A DNA stretch of 64,000 nt from Thalassobaculaceae bacterium (lineage in GTDB: Bacteria; Pseudomonadota; Alphaproteobacteria; Thalassobaculales; Thalassobaculaceae). Numbering within the stretch: the stretch's first letter is position 1; each line of letters starts with the position of its first letter. The notes under the pieces are model-generated. The model was given only the letters and a program-made list of their open reading frames with translations, searched no databases and was not told the DNA's origin. The stretch spans positions 3,454,616 through 3,518,615 of the forward strand of contig OZ245843.1 in the NCBI GenBank assembly GCA_965228875.1. Reading direction: 5' to 3'. The translations under genes and the position numbers were made by a program. Below are positions 10,258-18,598 of this stretch, one piece after another.

Positions 10258-10790
10258 GTCAGAGCATGGATCTGTCGGGTTTGGAGATCGAGACCGATCG
10301 TCTTCGGCTGCGCGCCTACCGGAACTCGGACGCCCAGGAGATCTTCGAGGCAATGACCCCGGAGGTGGCGCGCTACATGAGCTTCGAGCCGTCCCGGGAC
10401 GTGGACGAGATCCTGTCGCTCGGCCGCGTGTGGACGATCAATCAGCAGGCAGGCAGAGAGGTCTCCGTCGTCATCCGCCGGGACGAGGACGGACGTTTCG
10501 TCGGCATGTGCGGTCTGCACTATCGTGACGATCCGGTGCCGGAAGTGGGCATCTGGATCCGCGCAGACGCGCACCGCCAGGGTTTCGGCCGGGAGTCGGT
10601 CGGTGCCATCGTGCGGTACGCGGGCGCGGTCCTCGGCGAAACGTCGGTCGTCTATCCGGTCGTGGCCGAGAACACGCCCAGCCGCCGGGTTGCCGAAAGC
10701 CTGGGCGGCGAACTCTTCGACCGGAGGACCATGACCAAGCCATCCGGCGTGACCTACGAGATGGTCGTCTACCGGGTGTCGACGGCATGA
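10254..10790 (+). CDS. RimJ/RimL-type GNAT N-acetyltransferase
   Basis: IETDRLRLR, EVGIWI...HRQGFGRE (acetyl-CoA motif A), ENTPSRRVAESLG; GTGA overlap (alternative ATG at 10266). Confidence 0.85.
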   Translation: MSQSMDLSGLEIETDRLRLRAYRNSDAQEIFEAMTPEVARYMSFEPSRDVDEILSLGRVWTINQQAGREVSVVIRRDEDGRFVGMCGLHYRDDPVPEVGIWIRADAHRQGFGRESVGAIVRYAGAVLGETSVVYPVVAENTPSRRVAESLGGELFDRRTMTKPSGVTYEMVVYRVSTA

Positions 10791-11623
10791 GCGAGCGCGC
10801 CGCCATCGACGCCGCCATCGAGGCGATCGACGCCAATTCGGCCGGTTTCCGCCCGCGTCTCGGCATCGTGCTCGGCTCGGGGCTGGACGCCTGCGCCGAC
10901 GCCATCACCCAGACGATCGACATTTCCTACTCCGCGATCCCGGGCTTTCCGCGGCCGGCGGTGGACAGCCATGCCGGAATGCTTCGGCTCGGCAAGCTCG
11001 GCGACGTGCCGGTCGCCATGCTGCGCGGCCGCGCCCATGCCTATGAGGGTCACCCGCTGGCCGACGTGGTCCGCCCGGTCCGCACCCTGGCCCGGCTCGG
11101 CTGCAGCACCGTGGTCCTGACCAATGCCGCCGGCTCCCTGCGGCCCAAGGTCGGACCCGGCCGATTGATGATGATCACCGATCATATCAACTGGTCCGGC
11201 CTCAATCCGCTGACCGGCGAGAACGATCCGGGCCTCGGCAAGCGGTTCATCGACATGACGACCGCCTACGATCCGGAACTGCGATACCGGCTGTCCACGA
11301 CGGCCGACCGGATCGGCATCCGGCTCAGCGAAGGGGTGTATCTCTGGTATCCGGGGCCGAGCTACGAGACCCCGGCGGAGATCCGCGCGTTCAAGATCCT
11401 GGGCGCCGACGCGGTCGGTATGTCGACGGTTCCGGAATGCATCGCCCTTCGCCACATGGGAGTGAATGTCATCGCCATATCCTCGATCACCAATCTGGCG
11501 GCCGGCCTCGGCGACGGCGCGGCGCTCGACCATGGCGACGTGATGGCCGAGGGCACCGCCCTCGCCGATCAGCTCGCCCAACTGCTCTCCGCGTTCGCCC
11601 GGGAGGCCGACGATGTCCTCTGA
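10787..11623 (+). CDS. punA: Purine-nucleoside phosphorylase (trimeric, PunA/XapA type)
   Basis: IVLGSGL, GRAHAYEG, TNAAG, GPSYETPAE, VGMSTVPE. Confidence 0.93.
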   Translation: MSERAAIDAAIEAIDANSAGFRPRLGIVLGSGLDACADAITQTIDISYSAIPGFPRPAVDSHAGMLRLGKLGDVPVAMLRGRAHAYEGHPLADVVRPVRTLARLGCSTVVLTNAAGSLRPKVGPGRLMMITDHINWSGLNPLTGENDPGLGKRFIDMTTAYDPELRYRLSTTADRIGIRLSEGVYLWYPGPSYETPAEIRAFKILGADAVGMSTVPECIALRHMGVNVIAISSITNLAAGLGDGAALDHGDVMAEGTALADQLAQLLSAFAREADDVL

Positions 11624-12374
11624 CGATCCCACCGAGACGGCCCGCCGGGCCATCGCCTGCCTCGATCTGACCTCGCTGAACGACGGCGACGACGACGCGG
11701 CGGTCGGGCGGCTGTGCGACCGGGCGGTGACACCGGCCGGACCGGTGGCCGCGGTCTGCGTGTGGCCGCGGTTCGTGCCGCTCTGCCGCGCCCGGCTGGA
11801 GGGCAGCGGCGTCAAGGTCTGCACCGTCGTCAACTTCCCCCACGGCCGCGACAATGTCGAACGGGTGCGCGACGAGATCCTGCCGGCGATCGCCGACGGG
11901 GTCGACGAGATCGATGTGGTGCTCCCCTACACCGCCCTGCTCACCGGCCGACGGGCCGAGGCGCGGGCGGTGCTCGACATGGCCCGTCTGATGACCGGCG
12001 AGGCGACGCTGAAAGTCATCCTGGAGACCGGGCGCCTGATGACCGCGACCGCGATCCGCGACGCGGCCGAACTCGCGGTCGACGCCGGGGCCGACTTCCT
12101 GAAGACCTCAACCGGGAAGGTCGCTGTGTCGGCGACGCTGGAGGCGGCCCATATCCTGCTGGAGGTCGCGTCCGCGGCCGGCCGGCCGGTCGGCGTCAAG
12201 GTCGCGGGCGGCGTGCGCACGACCGAGCAGGCCGCCGCCTACCTGCGCCTCGCCGATGCGATCAACGGCCGGACCGCGCCGGAGTCCTTCCGCTTCGGTG
12301 CCAGCGGCCTGCTCGACGCGCTGCTGGCGACACTCGACGGCGGGACGGCGCCGTCGGCGCAGTCCGGATACTGA
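11613..12374 (+). CDS. deoC: Deoxyribose-phosphate aldolase
   Basis: DLTSL, VVNFP, KVILETG, FLKTSTG, GVKVAGG, RFGASGLL. Confidence 0.95.
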   Translation: MSSDDPTETARRAIACLDLTSLNDGDDDAAVGRLCDRAVTPAGPVAAVCVWPRFVPLCRARLEGSGVKVCTVVNFPHGRDNVERVRDEILPAIADGVDEIDVVLPYTALLTGRRAEARAVLDMARLMTGEATLKVILETGRLMTATAIRDAAELAVDAGADFLKTSTGKVAVSATLEAAHILLEVASAAGRPVGVKVAGGVRTTEQAAAYLRLADAINGRTAPESFRFGASGLLDALLATLDGGTAPSAQSGY

Positions 12375-12383
12375 GGCGCCGCC

Positions 12384-12435
12384 GCGCGCGGTACGATCTG
12401 GCGGCACGAGCGCGCGGAACGAGCGCGCGGTACGA
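12384..12435. repeat. 13-bp tandem repeat x4 (consensus GCGCGCGGTACGA) between convergent deoC and GMC genes
   Basis: Copies at 12384, 12397, 12410 and 12423. Confidence 0.85.
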
Positions 12436-12459
12436 TCGCGCGACCCTGTCTCGCCGGCG

Positions 12460-14067
12460 TCATGACGGATCGGTGGCGCGCCCCAGGATCAGGTCCGACG
12501 CCTTTTCGGCGATCATCATCGTGGCGGCATTGGTGTTTGCCGAGACCATCGTCGGCATGACCGACGCGTCGACGACCCGGAGCCCGCCGGTGCCCCGCAC
12601 CCGCAGGTCGGGATCGACCACCGCCGCCGCGTCGGTCCCCATCCGGCAGGTGCTGACCGCGTGGTAGACCGTCGCCCCCTTGGCCCGGGCGAAAGCGAGC
12701 AGTTCGTCGTCGGTCCGCGCATCGGGACCGGGCAGGGTCTCCGGCCCGCGATAGGGCGCGAGCGCGTCGCTCGACAGCAGGGTCCGGCACCACCGTATTC
12801 CCTGGACGATGGCCCGCCGGTCGGCGGGATCGCTCAGGTAGTTCGGCTGGATCTCCGGCGCATCGGCGGTGTCAGCCGACACGGCGCGGACGTGCCCGGT
12901 GCTGTGGGGCCGCATCTGCCACACGCCGATGGTCATCCCCGGTTCGCGCTGCAACTGCCCGATCACGCCATCGGAATAGCTCGCCGGGGTGAAGACGAAC
13001 TGAAGGTCGGGATCCTCGAGATCCTCCGACGATCGCACGAAGGCGCCGACATGGGCTGGGCTGAAGGCGAGCAGCCCCTTGCCGGTCGCAAGCCACCGCC
13101 CGATCTCCCAGAGCAGCCGGGGTCCGCGGGCGCGTTCGTTGAGGGTAATCGGCCGCGTGACCCGGTGCACGACCCTGACCGCATAATGGTCCTGCAGGCC
13201 CTGCCCGACCGCCGGCAGCGCATGGGCGACCTCGACGCCGATCCGCCGCAGATGATCCGGATCGCCGATGCCCGAGACCTGCAGCAGGTGCGGGCTGCCG
13301 ATCGCGCCGGCTGCCAGAATGACCTCCCGGGTCGCCGTCGCGGCCAGCGCCTGGCCGTACCGGCGGTAGCGAACGCCGATCGCGCGCCGACCGTCGAGGA
13401 TCAGGCGCTCCGCCTGGGCGCCGGTGACGACCTCCAGGTTCGGGCGGTTGCGAACCGGATGCAGATAGCCGCTGGCGGCGCTGTGGCGCCTGCCGTCGTG
13501 GATGGTGCGCTGGTAGTACGCCACCCCTTCCTGCCGCGCCCCGTTGTAGTCCGGGTTGCGCGGCAGCCCGAGGGTCTCCGCCCCGTCGATGAAGGCCTCG
13601 CAGATCGGGTGGCGCTCGTGGATGTCGGAGACATGCTGAGGCCCCCCGACGCCGTGATAGGCATCGCCGCCGGAGGACCTGTCCTCGGCCCGGCGGAAGT
13701 AGGGCAGCACGTCCTCGTACGACCATCCCCGGTTGCCGAGCTGGGCCCAGGTGTCGAAATCCCTGGCCTGGCCCCGGACGTAGAGGTGCCCGTTGATCGA
13801 GCTCGATCCGCCGAGCACGCGGCCGCGCGGAAAGAAGATCGAGCGGCCGTCGACGCCGTCCCCCGGCGCGGTCGAGAAGCACCAGTTGAAGCGCGGATCC
13901 TCGAAGGTCTTCAGGAACCCGACCGGTGCCCGGACATAGGGGTGCCGGTCGCTGCCGCCGGCCTCCAGCAGAAGCACGCGCACGCTCGGATCGGCGCTCA
14001 GCCGGTTCGCCAGGACGCAGCCCGCCGTCCCCGCCCCGACGATCACGTAGTCGGCGGTGCCGTTCAT
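12460..14067 (-). CDS. GMC-family FAD oxidoreductase (choline dehydrogenase-like)
   Basis: DYVIVGAGTAG, RGRVLGGSSSING, YHAVSTCRMG, VVDASVMP...NTNA; ATG 14067 overlaps the TauD stop. Confidence 0.95.
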   Translation of the reverse strand: MNGTADYVIVGAGTAGCVLANRLSADPSVRVLLLEAGGSDRHPYVRAPVGFLKTFEDPRFNWCFSTAPGDGVDGRSIFFPRGRVLGGSSSINGHLYVRGQARDFDTWAQLGNRGWSYEDVLPYFRRAEDRSSGGDAYHGVGGPQHVSDIHERHPICEAFIDGAETLGLPRNPDYNGARQEGVAYYQRTIHDGRRHSAASGYLHPVRNRPNLEVVTGAQAERLILDGRRAIGVRYRRYGQALAATATREVILAAGAIGSPHLLQVSGIGDPDHLRRIGVEVAHALPAVGQGLQDHYAVRVVHRVTRPITLNERARGPRLLWEIGRWLATGKGLLAFSPAHVGAFVRSSEDLEDPDLQFVFTPASYSDGVIGQLQREPGMTIGVWQMRPHSTGHVRAVSADTADAPEIQPNYLSDPADRRAIVQGIRWCRTLLSSDALAPYRGPETLPGPDARTDDELLAFARAKGATVYHAVSTCRMGTDAAAVVDPDLRVRGTGGLRVVDASVMPTMVSANTNAATMMIAEKASDLILGRATDPS

Positions 14068-14927
14068 GCGGCCGCCGCCAGGGTCGGCGCGTCGCCGGCG
14101 ATGGTCGTGCGCACCATCAGACGCTTTTCGGTCGTACTCTCGAACGGCGTCGCGCGATGGACCACCGCCCGGTTGTCCCACAGGATCAGGTCGTGGGGCT
14201 GCCACCGGTGGGAGTAGACGAACCGCTCCTGCGTGGCGAAGGCCATCAGCTCGTCGATCAGCGCCCGGCCCTCGTCTTCCGGCATGCCTTCGATCCGGGC
14301 CGCGTGCGCCCCTAGGTACAGCGACTTGCCGAACTCGGCGCCGTGGTCGATCACCATCGCCTGGCGGACCGGCGGCACCGCCGCGCGCTCCTCGTCCGTG
14401 ACAAGGTTCGGATCGATCTTGGAGCGCGAGTAGACATAGTCGTGGATCACCACCTTGCCTTCCGTCGCGCGTTTCAGGTGCTCGGGCAGCTCGGCGTAGA
14501 CCGCCCGCATGCTGATGTACTCGGTATTGCCGCCCCGGGAGGGGATGACGCGGGCCGACAGCATGGACGCCTTCGCCGGCACCGCCTTGAAGGAACTGTC
14601 GGCATGCCAGAACCGGTTGGCACGACTGCTCAACACCTGACGGTCGCTCGGCGGAACGACGTTGCCGTCGGCGTCCATGTTGGACAGGACGATCAGCTTG
14701 CTGCCCGCCCCGACCGTTCCGACCTTCGTCGTCTCCAGCGCACCGAACCGTTCGCTGAAGGCGATCTGCGCGTCGTCGGTGATCCGCTGGTCGCGGAAGA
14801 TCAGCACCGAGTGCCGGCGAAAGGCGGCGTCGATCTCGGCGAAGACCGCGTCCGGCATCGGCGCCGAGACGTCCAGGCCGGTGACCTCGGCGGCGACGAG
14901 CGGATGCAACTGCTTGATGGCGATCAT
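14064..14927 (-). CDS. TauD/TfdA-family Fe(II)/2-oxoglutarate dioxygenase
   Basis: WHADSSF (HxD), WDNRAVVHR, RTT. Confidence 0.93.
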   Translation of the reverse strand: MIAIKQLHPLVAAEVTGLDVSAPMPDAVFAEIDAAFRRHSVLIFRDQRITDDAQIAFSERFGALETTKVGTVGAGSKLIVLSNMDADGNVVPPSDRQVLSSRANRFWHADSSFKAVPAKASMLSARVIPSRGGNTEYISMRAVYAELPEHLKRATEGKVVIHDYVYSRSKIDPNLVTDEERAAVPPVRQAMVIDHGAEFGKSLYLGAHAARIEGMPEDEGRALIDELMAFATQERFVYSHRWQPHDLILWDNRAVVHRATPFESTTEKRLMVRTTIAGDAPTLAAAA

Positions 14928-14997
14928 GGCGTTCCTCCAGCACATCGAGGGTTATTCGCTGATCGAACCGTGCCGCATTCCACACCTCCAGTTTAGA

Positions 14998-15036
14998 CGG
15001 ATAATATAGGAAATTCTGTCCGGATAATCGGGACAG
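14998..15036. promoter_or_regulatory. Putative LysR-type binding region upstream of the TauD-GMC operon
   Basis: AT-rich patch with CGGATAAT direct repeats (14998, 15021) and dyad CTGTCC-N9-GGACAG (15016-15036). Confidence 0.5.
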
Positions 15037-15942
15037 TCAGTCGAGATGCGTCGCCAGGTGCCTCTGCAGATGGTCGAGAAACGCCGTGACCTTGCCGGGC
15101 AGCCGCGCGTCACGCCGGTACACCGCAAAGATCTCCGCGCCGTAGCCGGCCGGGTACAGCCGCAATGCGTCGAGACAGGTGCTGAGCCGCCCCTCCGCCA
15201 CATCCCAGGCGACCATCCATTCCGGAAGCAGGGCGAGACCGAGGCCGTCCAGCGCCGCCTGACGCAGGACCTCCCCGCTGTTCGAACGCAGGGAACCGCC
15301 GACCACGATGTCCCGGCGTCTGCCCAGGTGCTCGGACACCCAGAGCGCCGGCTCCGCCTCCTGGCCATAGGCGAGACAGTTGTGCCGATCGAGATCGCCG
15401 AGCCCTTCGGGAGGCGCGCAGCGACGGAAGTAGTCCGGGCTGGCGCAGAGCATGCGGCGATCCGAGGTCAGCCGCCGCCAGTCGAGCGACTTCTCCGCCG
15501 GCTGCCCCAGACGGATGGCGATATCGACGCCATGAGACGGCGCGATCTCCACGGTCTCGGTCAGATGCAGATCCACCGACACGTCGGGACAGGCGGCGCG
15601 AAATGACGGCAGGGTGGGCACGACATGGATCATCCCGAACGATCGGCGCGCCAGGATCCGGAGCGTTCCCGACGGCGCGTCGCTGCGTTCGGAGATCCCC
15701 TCGAGGATGGCATCCATGTCGCGGATCATCGGCACGATGCGGTCGTACAGTTCCTGTCCGGCCTCCGTCGTCGCGACGTGTCGGGTGGTGCGGTTGAGCA
15801 GGCGCACGTTCAGGTCGGCCTCGAGGTCCTGCAGACGCTTGGACGCCGTCGTCGTCGACAGGCCGAGGGAGCGGCCCGCCGCCGAGATCGTTCCGCGCTC
15901 GACGACGCGGGCAAAGAGGTGAAGGGCTTGCAGACGGTCCAC
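15037..15942 (-). CDS. LysR-family transcriptional regulator (CrgA/DmlR-like)
   Basis: DRLQAL...F.RVVE.G.ISAA...LE.DL.VRLLNRTTR HTH, DIAIRLG, CASPDY; GTG start at 15942. Confidence 0.92.
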   Translation of the reverse strand: MDRLQALHLFARVVERGTISAAGRSLGLSTTTASKRLQDLEADLNVRLLNRTTRHVATTEAGQELYDRIVPMIRDMDAILEGISERSDAPSGTLRILARRSFGMIHVVPTLPSFRAACPDVSVDLHLTETVEIAPSHGVDIAIRLGQPAEKSLDWRRLTSDRRMLCASPDYFRRCAPPEGLGDLDRHNCLAYGQEAEPALWVSEHLGRRRDIVVGGSLRSNSGEVLRQAALDGLGLALLPEWMVAWDVAEGRLSTCLDALRLYPAGYGAEIFAVYRRDARLPGKVTAFLDHLQRHLATHLD

Positions 15943-16073
15943 GGGCACCCGGCGGTTGGTCGTTCGCCGCCAAGTATGCGCGCCGAGACTGGACGGGCAA
16001 CTCCCGACCGGGTCACGGGGCGGACCTCGGTTGCGGGTCAAGGTCGATCGGGTGCGCCGAGGTTTGATCTTGA

Positions 16074-16090
16074 ATGTTATGATATAACAT
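16074..16090. promoter_or_regulatory. Zur box (ATGTTAT-N3-ATAACAT)
   Basis: Perfect 7-3-7 palindrome matching the proteobacterial Zur consensus, upstream of hisI and gamma-CA. Confidence 0.88.
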
Positions 16091-16143
16091 CACATTAATG
16101 CATTGCCGAACCTGATGGAGAACGCAATGACACTGGTGACCGA

Positions 16144-16629
16144 ATGAGTGCGATCACAGCCCCCTTCGCCGAGCGGACCTCCGTCGAGCAGGTCGAGGAG
16201 GGACGGGTTCTGGCCCCGAAGTTCGACGCGGACGGACTGATCGCCGTCGTCGCGACCGATGCCGCGTCCGGCGACGTGCTGATGATGGGCACGATGAACG
16301 CCGAGGCGCTGCGCCGGACCGTCGAAACCGGGGAAGCCCACTACTGGAGCCGCAGCCGGCGGTGCCTCTGGCACAAGGGGGCGACCAGCGGCCTCGTCCA
16401 GAACGTCGTCGAACTCAGGATCGACGATGACCAGGACGCGGTCTGGCTGCGGGTCACCGTGCAGGGCGCCGGCGCGAGTTGTCATGTCGGCTACCGCTCC
16501 TGCTTCTACCGCTCGGTCCCGATCGGTCCGGTCCAGACGTCGCCGATACCGCTGCGGTTCGAGGAAGCCGCGAAGGTCTTCGACCCGCATGCGGTCTACG
16601 GCGACGCCCCGAACCCGACCCGGCTGTAG
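16144..16629 (+). CDS. hisI: Phosphoribosyl-AMP cyclohydrolase, probable Zur-regulated paralog
   Basis: YWSRSR..LW.KG.TSG, DDDQD, CHVGYRSCFY. Confidence 0.92.
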   Translation: MSAITAPFAERTSVEQVEEGRVLAPKFDADGLIAVVATDAASGDVLMMGTMNAEALRRTVETGEAHYWSRSRRCLWHKGATSGLVQNVVELRIDDDQDAVWLRVTVQGAGASCHVGYRSCFYRSVPIGPVQTSPIPLRFEEAAKVFDPHAVYGDAPNPTRL

Positions 16630-16665
16630 CGCGCGGTCGGCCCCACCCCGGTCACAGGAGACATC

Positions 16666-17226
16666 ATGATCAGGCGGAATCCACGCGGCGACTGGCCGGA
16701 GATCGCACAGGGCGCCTTCATCGACCCGACGGCCATCATCTGCGGGCGGGTCATCGTCGAGACCGACGTCTTCATCGGTCCCTACGCCGTCATTCGGGCC
16801 GATGAGACCACGGCCGACGGCGCGATCGAGCCGATCCTGATCCGGCGGGCGTCGAACATCCAGGACGGGGTGGTGATCCATTCCAAATCCGGCGCCGCGG
16901 TGACCGTCGGGACACGGACGTCCATCGCCCACCGGTCCATCGTGCACGGCCCGTGCAGCATCGGCGACGACGTGTTCGTCGGCTTCAACTCCGTCCTCTT
17001 CAACTGTTCGGTCGGCGACCGATCGGTCGTGCGGCACAATTCCGTGGTGGAGGGCTGCTCCCTTCCTCCCGGCTTCCACGTTCCGTCGACCACAACCGTC
17101 CACTCGGACTCGGACCTTGCCGGCATCCCGCAGGTCACCGTGGACGTGACGGCGTTCTCCGAGGATGTGGCCACGACGAATGTCGGCCTGGCGCAGGCAT
17201 ACCGGCGCCTCCGCAACGACTTCTGA
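16666..17226 (+). CDS. Gamma-class carbonic anhydrase (hexapeptide repeat)
   Basis: IRADE, SNIQDGVVIH, IAHRSIVHGP His ligands; AGGAG RBS. Confidence 0.92.
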   Translation: MIRRNPRGDWPEIAQGAFIDPTAIICGRVIVETDVFIGPYAVIRADETTADGAIEPILIRRASNIQDGVVIHSKSGAAVTVGTRTSIAHRSIVHGPCSIGDDVFVGFNSVLFNCSVGDRSVVRHNSVVEGCSLPPGFHVPSTTTVHSDSDLAGIPQVTVDVTAFSEDVATTNVGLAQAYRRLRNDF

Positions 17227-17364
17227 CGGCACGACCCGGACAGCCGACGGCACGCCAACGCGCATCGACTTGATCCCGCGCGCCGACAGCCAAGCCAGGT
17301 ACCTCAAGGACATCTGGGCTTGAATGCCGAGGATCGGAGGTTTTCCTGTGATCGCCGCTCTGCC

Positions 17365-17592
17365 CTAAACGTCGGCGTCGCGTTCTCTCGGTGGACCGTC
17401 ATAGTCGGTAACGCCGGAGGCGATGGCCGAGCAGGCGAGACGGATGTACTTGGGAATCTGCACCTTCTCGCCGTCGCGTTCGCCCTTCTCGTAGTACTGC
17501 ACGACGCGGCGCTTGAGGCCCAGCGCCTCGGCGGCCTCCTTCTGCGACAGCTTGAGCGTCTTGCGCCAGCGCTTGAAGTCGACCGGCTTCAT
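17365..17592 (-). CDS. Small XRE/Cro-type HTH transcriptional regulator
   Basis: FKRWRKTLKLSQKEAAEALGLKRRVVQYYEKG; ATG 17592 (upstream GTG 17622 possible). Confidence 0.88.
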   Translation of the reverse strand: MKPVDFKRWRKTLKLSQKEAAEALGLKRRVVQYYEKGERDGEKVQIPKYIRLACSAIASGVTDYDGPPRERDADV

Positions 17593-17686
17593 CGCAGCGG
17601 ATTCTGGCGGCGTCTTGGACACTCATACCCTCGCATTCGGTTGCGACGCGATTTAACAGCCCCATGTCCGGTTCGCCAAGCCAAAA

Positions 17687-17737
17687 GCGCACGAGGTGCG
17701 GTTTAGACTTGATTTCTGCGCACACCGTGCGCATATG
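17687..17737. promoter_or_regulatory. Twin GCGCAC-N3-GTGCG operators and sigma70-like promoter in a divergent spacer
   Basis: Dyads at 17687-17701 and 17717-17733; TTGATT (17709)-N17-CATATG (17732). Confidence 0.65.
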
Positions 17738-17766
17738 GAGAAGTCTCGAAACGAAGGAGACCCGCC

Positions 17767-18012
17767 ATGGCGCGCCATCTCTATCTGCATGACGAAATCG
17801 GGTATGTCGGCGAACTGGCACTGTATCGCGCGGCGCATGTCGGCGCGTCCCGGGCCCAGGCCTCGGCCGACCTGCCGGGCCTGCGTCCGGGCTTCCTGTT
17901 CCGCGTGAACGACGGGGAGCAGACCCGGATCATGGACGACGAGGTGGCCGTCTATCGCTACGTCCACGACCATCCGGGCGCGATCGTCACAACGGTCCCG
18001 CTGCGGCACTGA
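17767..18012 (+). CDS. Hypothetical 81-aa protein
   Basis: AAGGAG RBS, GC3-biased codons, promoter upstream; no family recognised. Confidence 0.75.
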   Translation: MARHLYLHDEIGYVGELALYRAAHVGASRAQASADLPGLRPGFLFRVNDGEQTRIMDDEVAVYRYVHDHPGAIVTTVPLRH

Positions 18013-18535
18013 CCGAGACCGGCCACGCGTATGCGGGCAGGTCCTCCGGTCCGGCGCCGAGCGGCGCCGGGCCGTCGCCCGGCATGTCGCACGCCGCGCG
18101 CAGATTGACCCGCAGGGCATCGGAGATCGGCACCGACGTCCGGGCCCGCGGGTCGAAGCAGACCGCCGTCGCCACCGCCGTGACGCGGCAGGTGCCGTCG
18201 ACGAAGATGCCCTGTTCGACCCGGCAGGACGTGTTGCCGAACCCCGTGACCCGCGTGCCGGTCCAGGCCACGCCGGGAAACCGGATCTCCCGCACGAAGT
18301 CGATCTCCAACCGCCTCACCACCCAGGTGGTTTCGGGCGAGCCACCCTCGGCGGCCGCGCTGTAGAGGTTCTCGCCTGCCGCCATGAACATGCGCACCCG
18401 GCCGTTCTCCAGGAACACGCCGATCGCGTTGTTATTCACATGTCCGACGATGTCGAGATCGCCGGCGCGCAGCCGCTCCTCGGTCCAGAAGCTGTAGCTT
18501 GCCGGCAGGGATGGGTCGAAGGCGCGGTCGGTCAT
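17987..18535 (-). CDS. Acyl-CoA thioesterase (4HBT/YbgC hotdog fold)
   Basis: DLDIVGHVNN...ENGR motif. Confidence 0.88.
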   Translation of the reverse strand: MTDRAFDPSLPASYSFWTEERLRAGDLDIVGHVNNNAIGVFLENGRVRMFMAAGENLYSAAAEGGSPETTWVVRRLEIDFVREIRFPGVAWTGTRVTGFGNTSCRVEQGIFVDGTCRVTAVATAVCFDPRARTSVPISDALRVNLRAACDMPGDGPAPLGAGPEDLPAYAWPVSVSAAAGPL

Positions 18536-18598
18536 CGGAGATCCTCGAAGGCGATAGGGAGGCTGAGAGGGTGTCAGCGGGCGGCCGACATCGGCTCC

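Noticed and set aside
12384..12435. Short tandem arrays as a possible CRISPR
   Set aside because: Units are 12-13 bp with no unique spacers and there are no cas genes.
12460..14985. 841-aa ORF suggesting a TauD-GMC fusion
   Set aside because: The N-terminal extension is an out-of-frame overlap with the TauD gene; GMC starts at 14067.
12460..17226. GMC-to-gamma-CA block as a genomic island
   Set aside because: No integrase, tRNA or flanking direct repeats were found, and a compositional shift cannot be shown by eye.
17230..17360. Intergenic stretch with small hairpins as a possible sRNA
   Set aside because: No recognisable RNA family, convincing promoter or U-tailed terminator.
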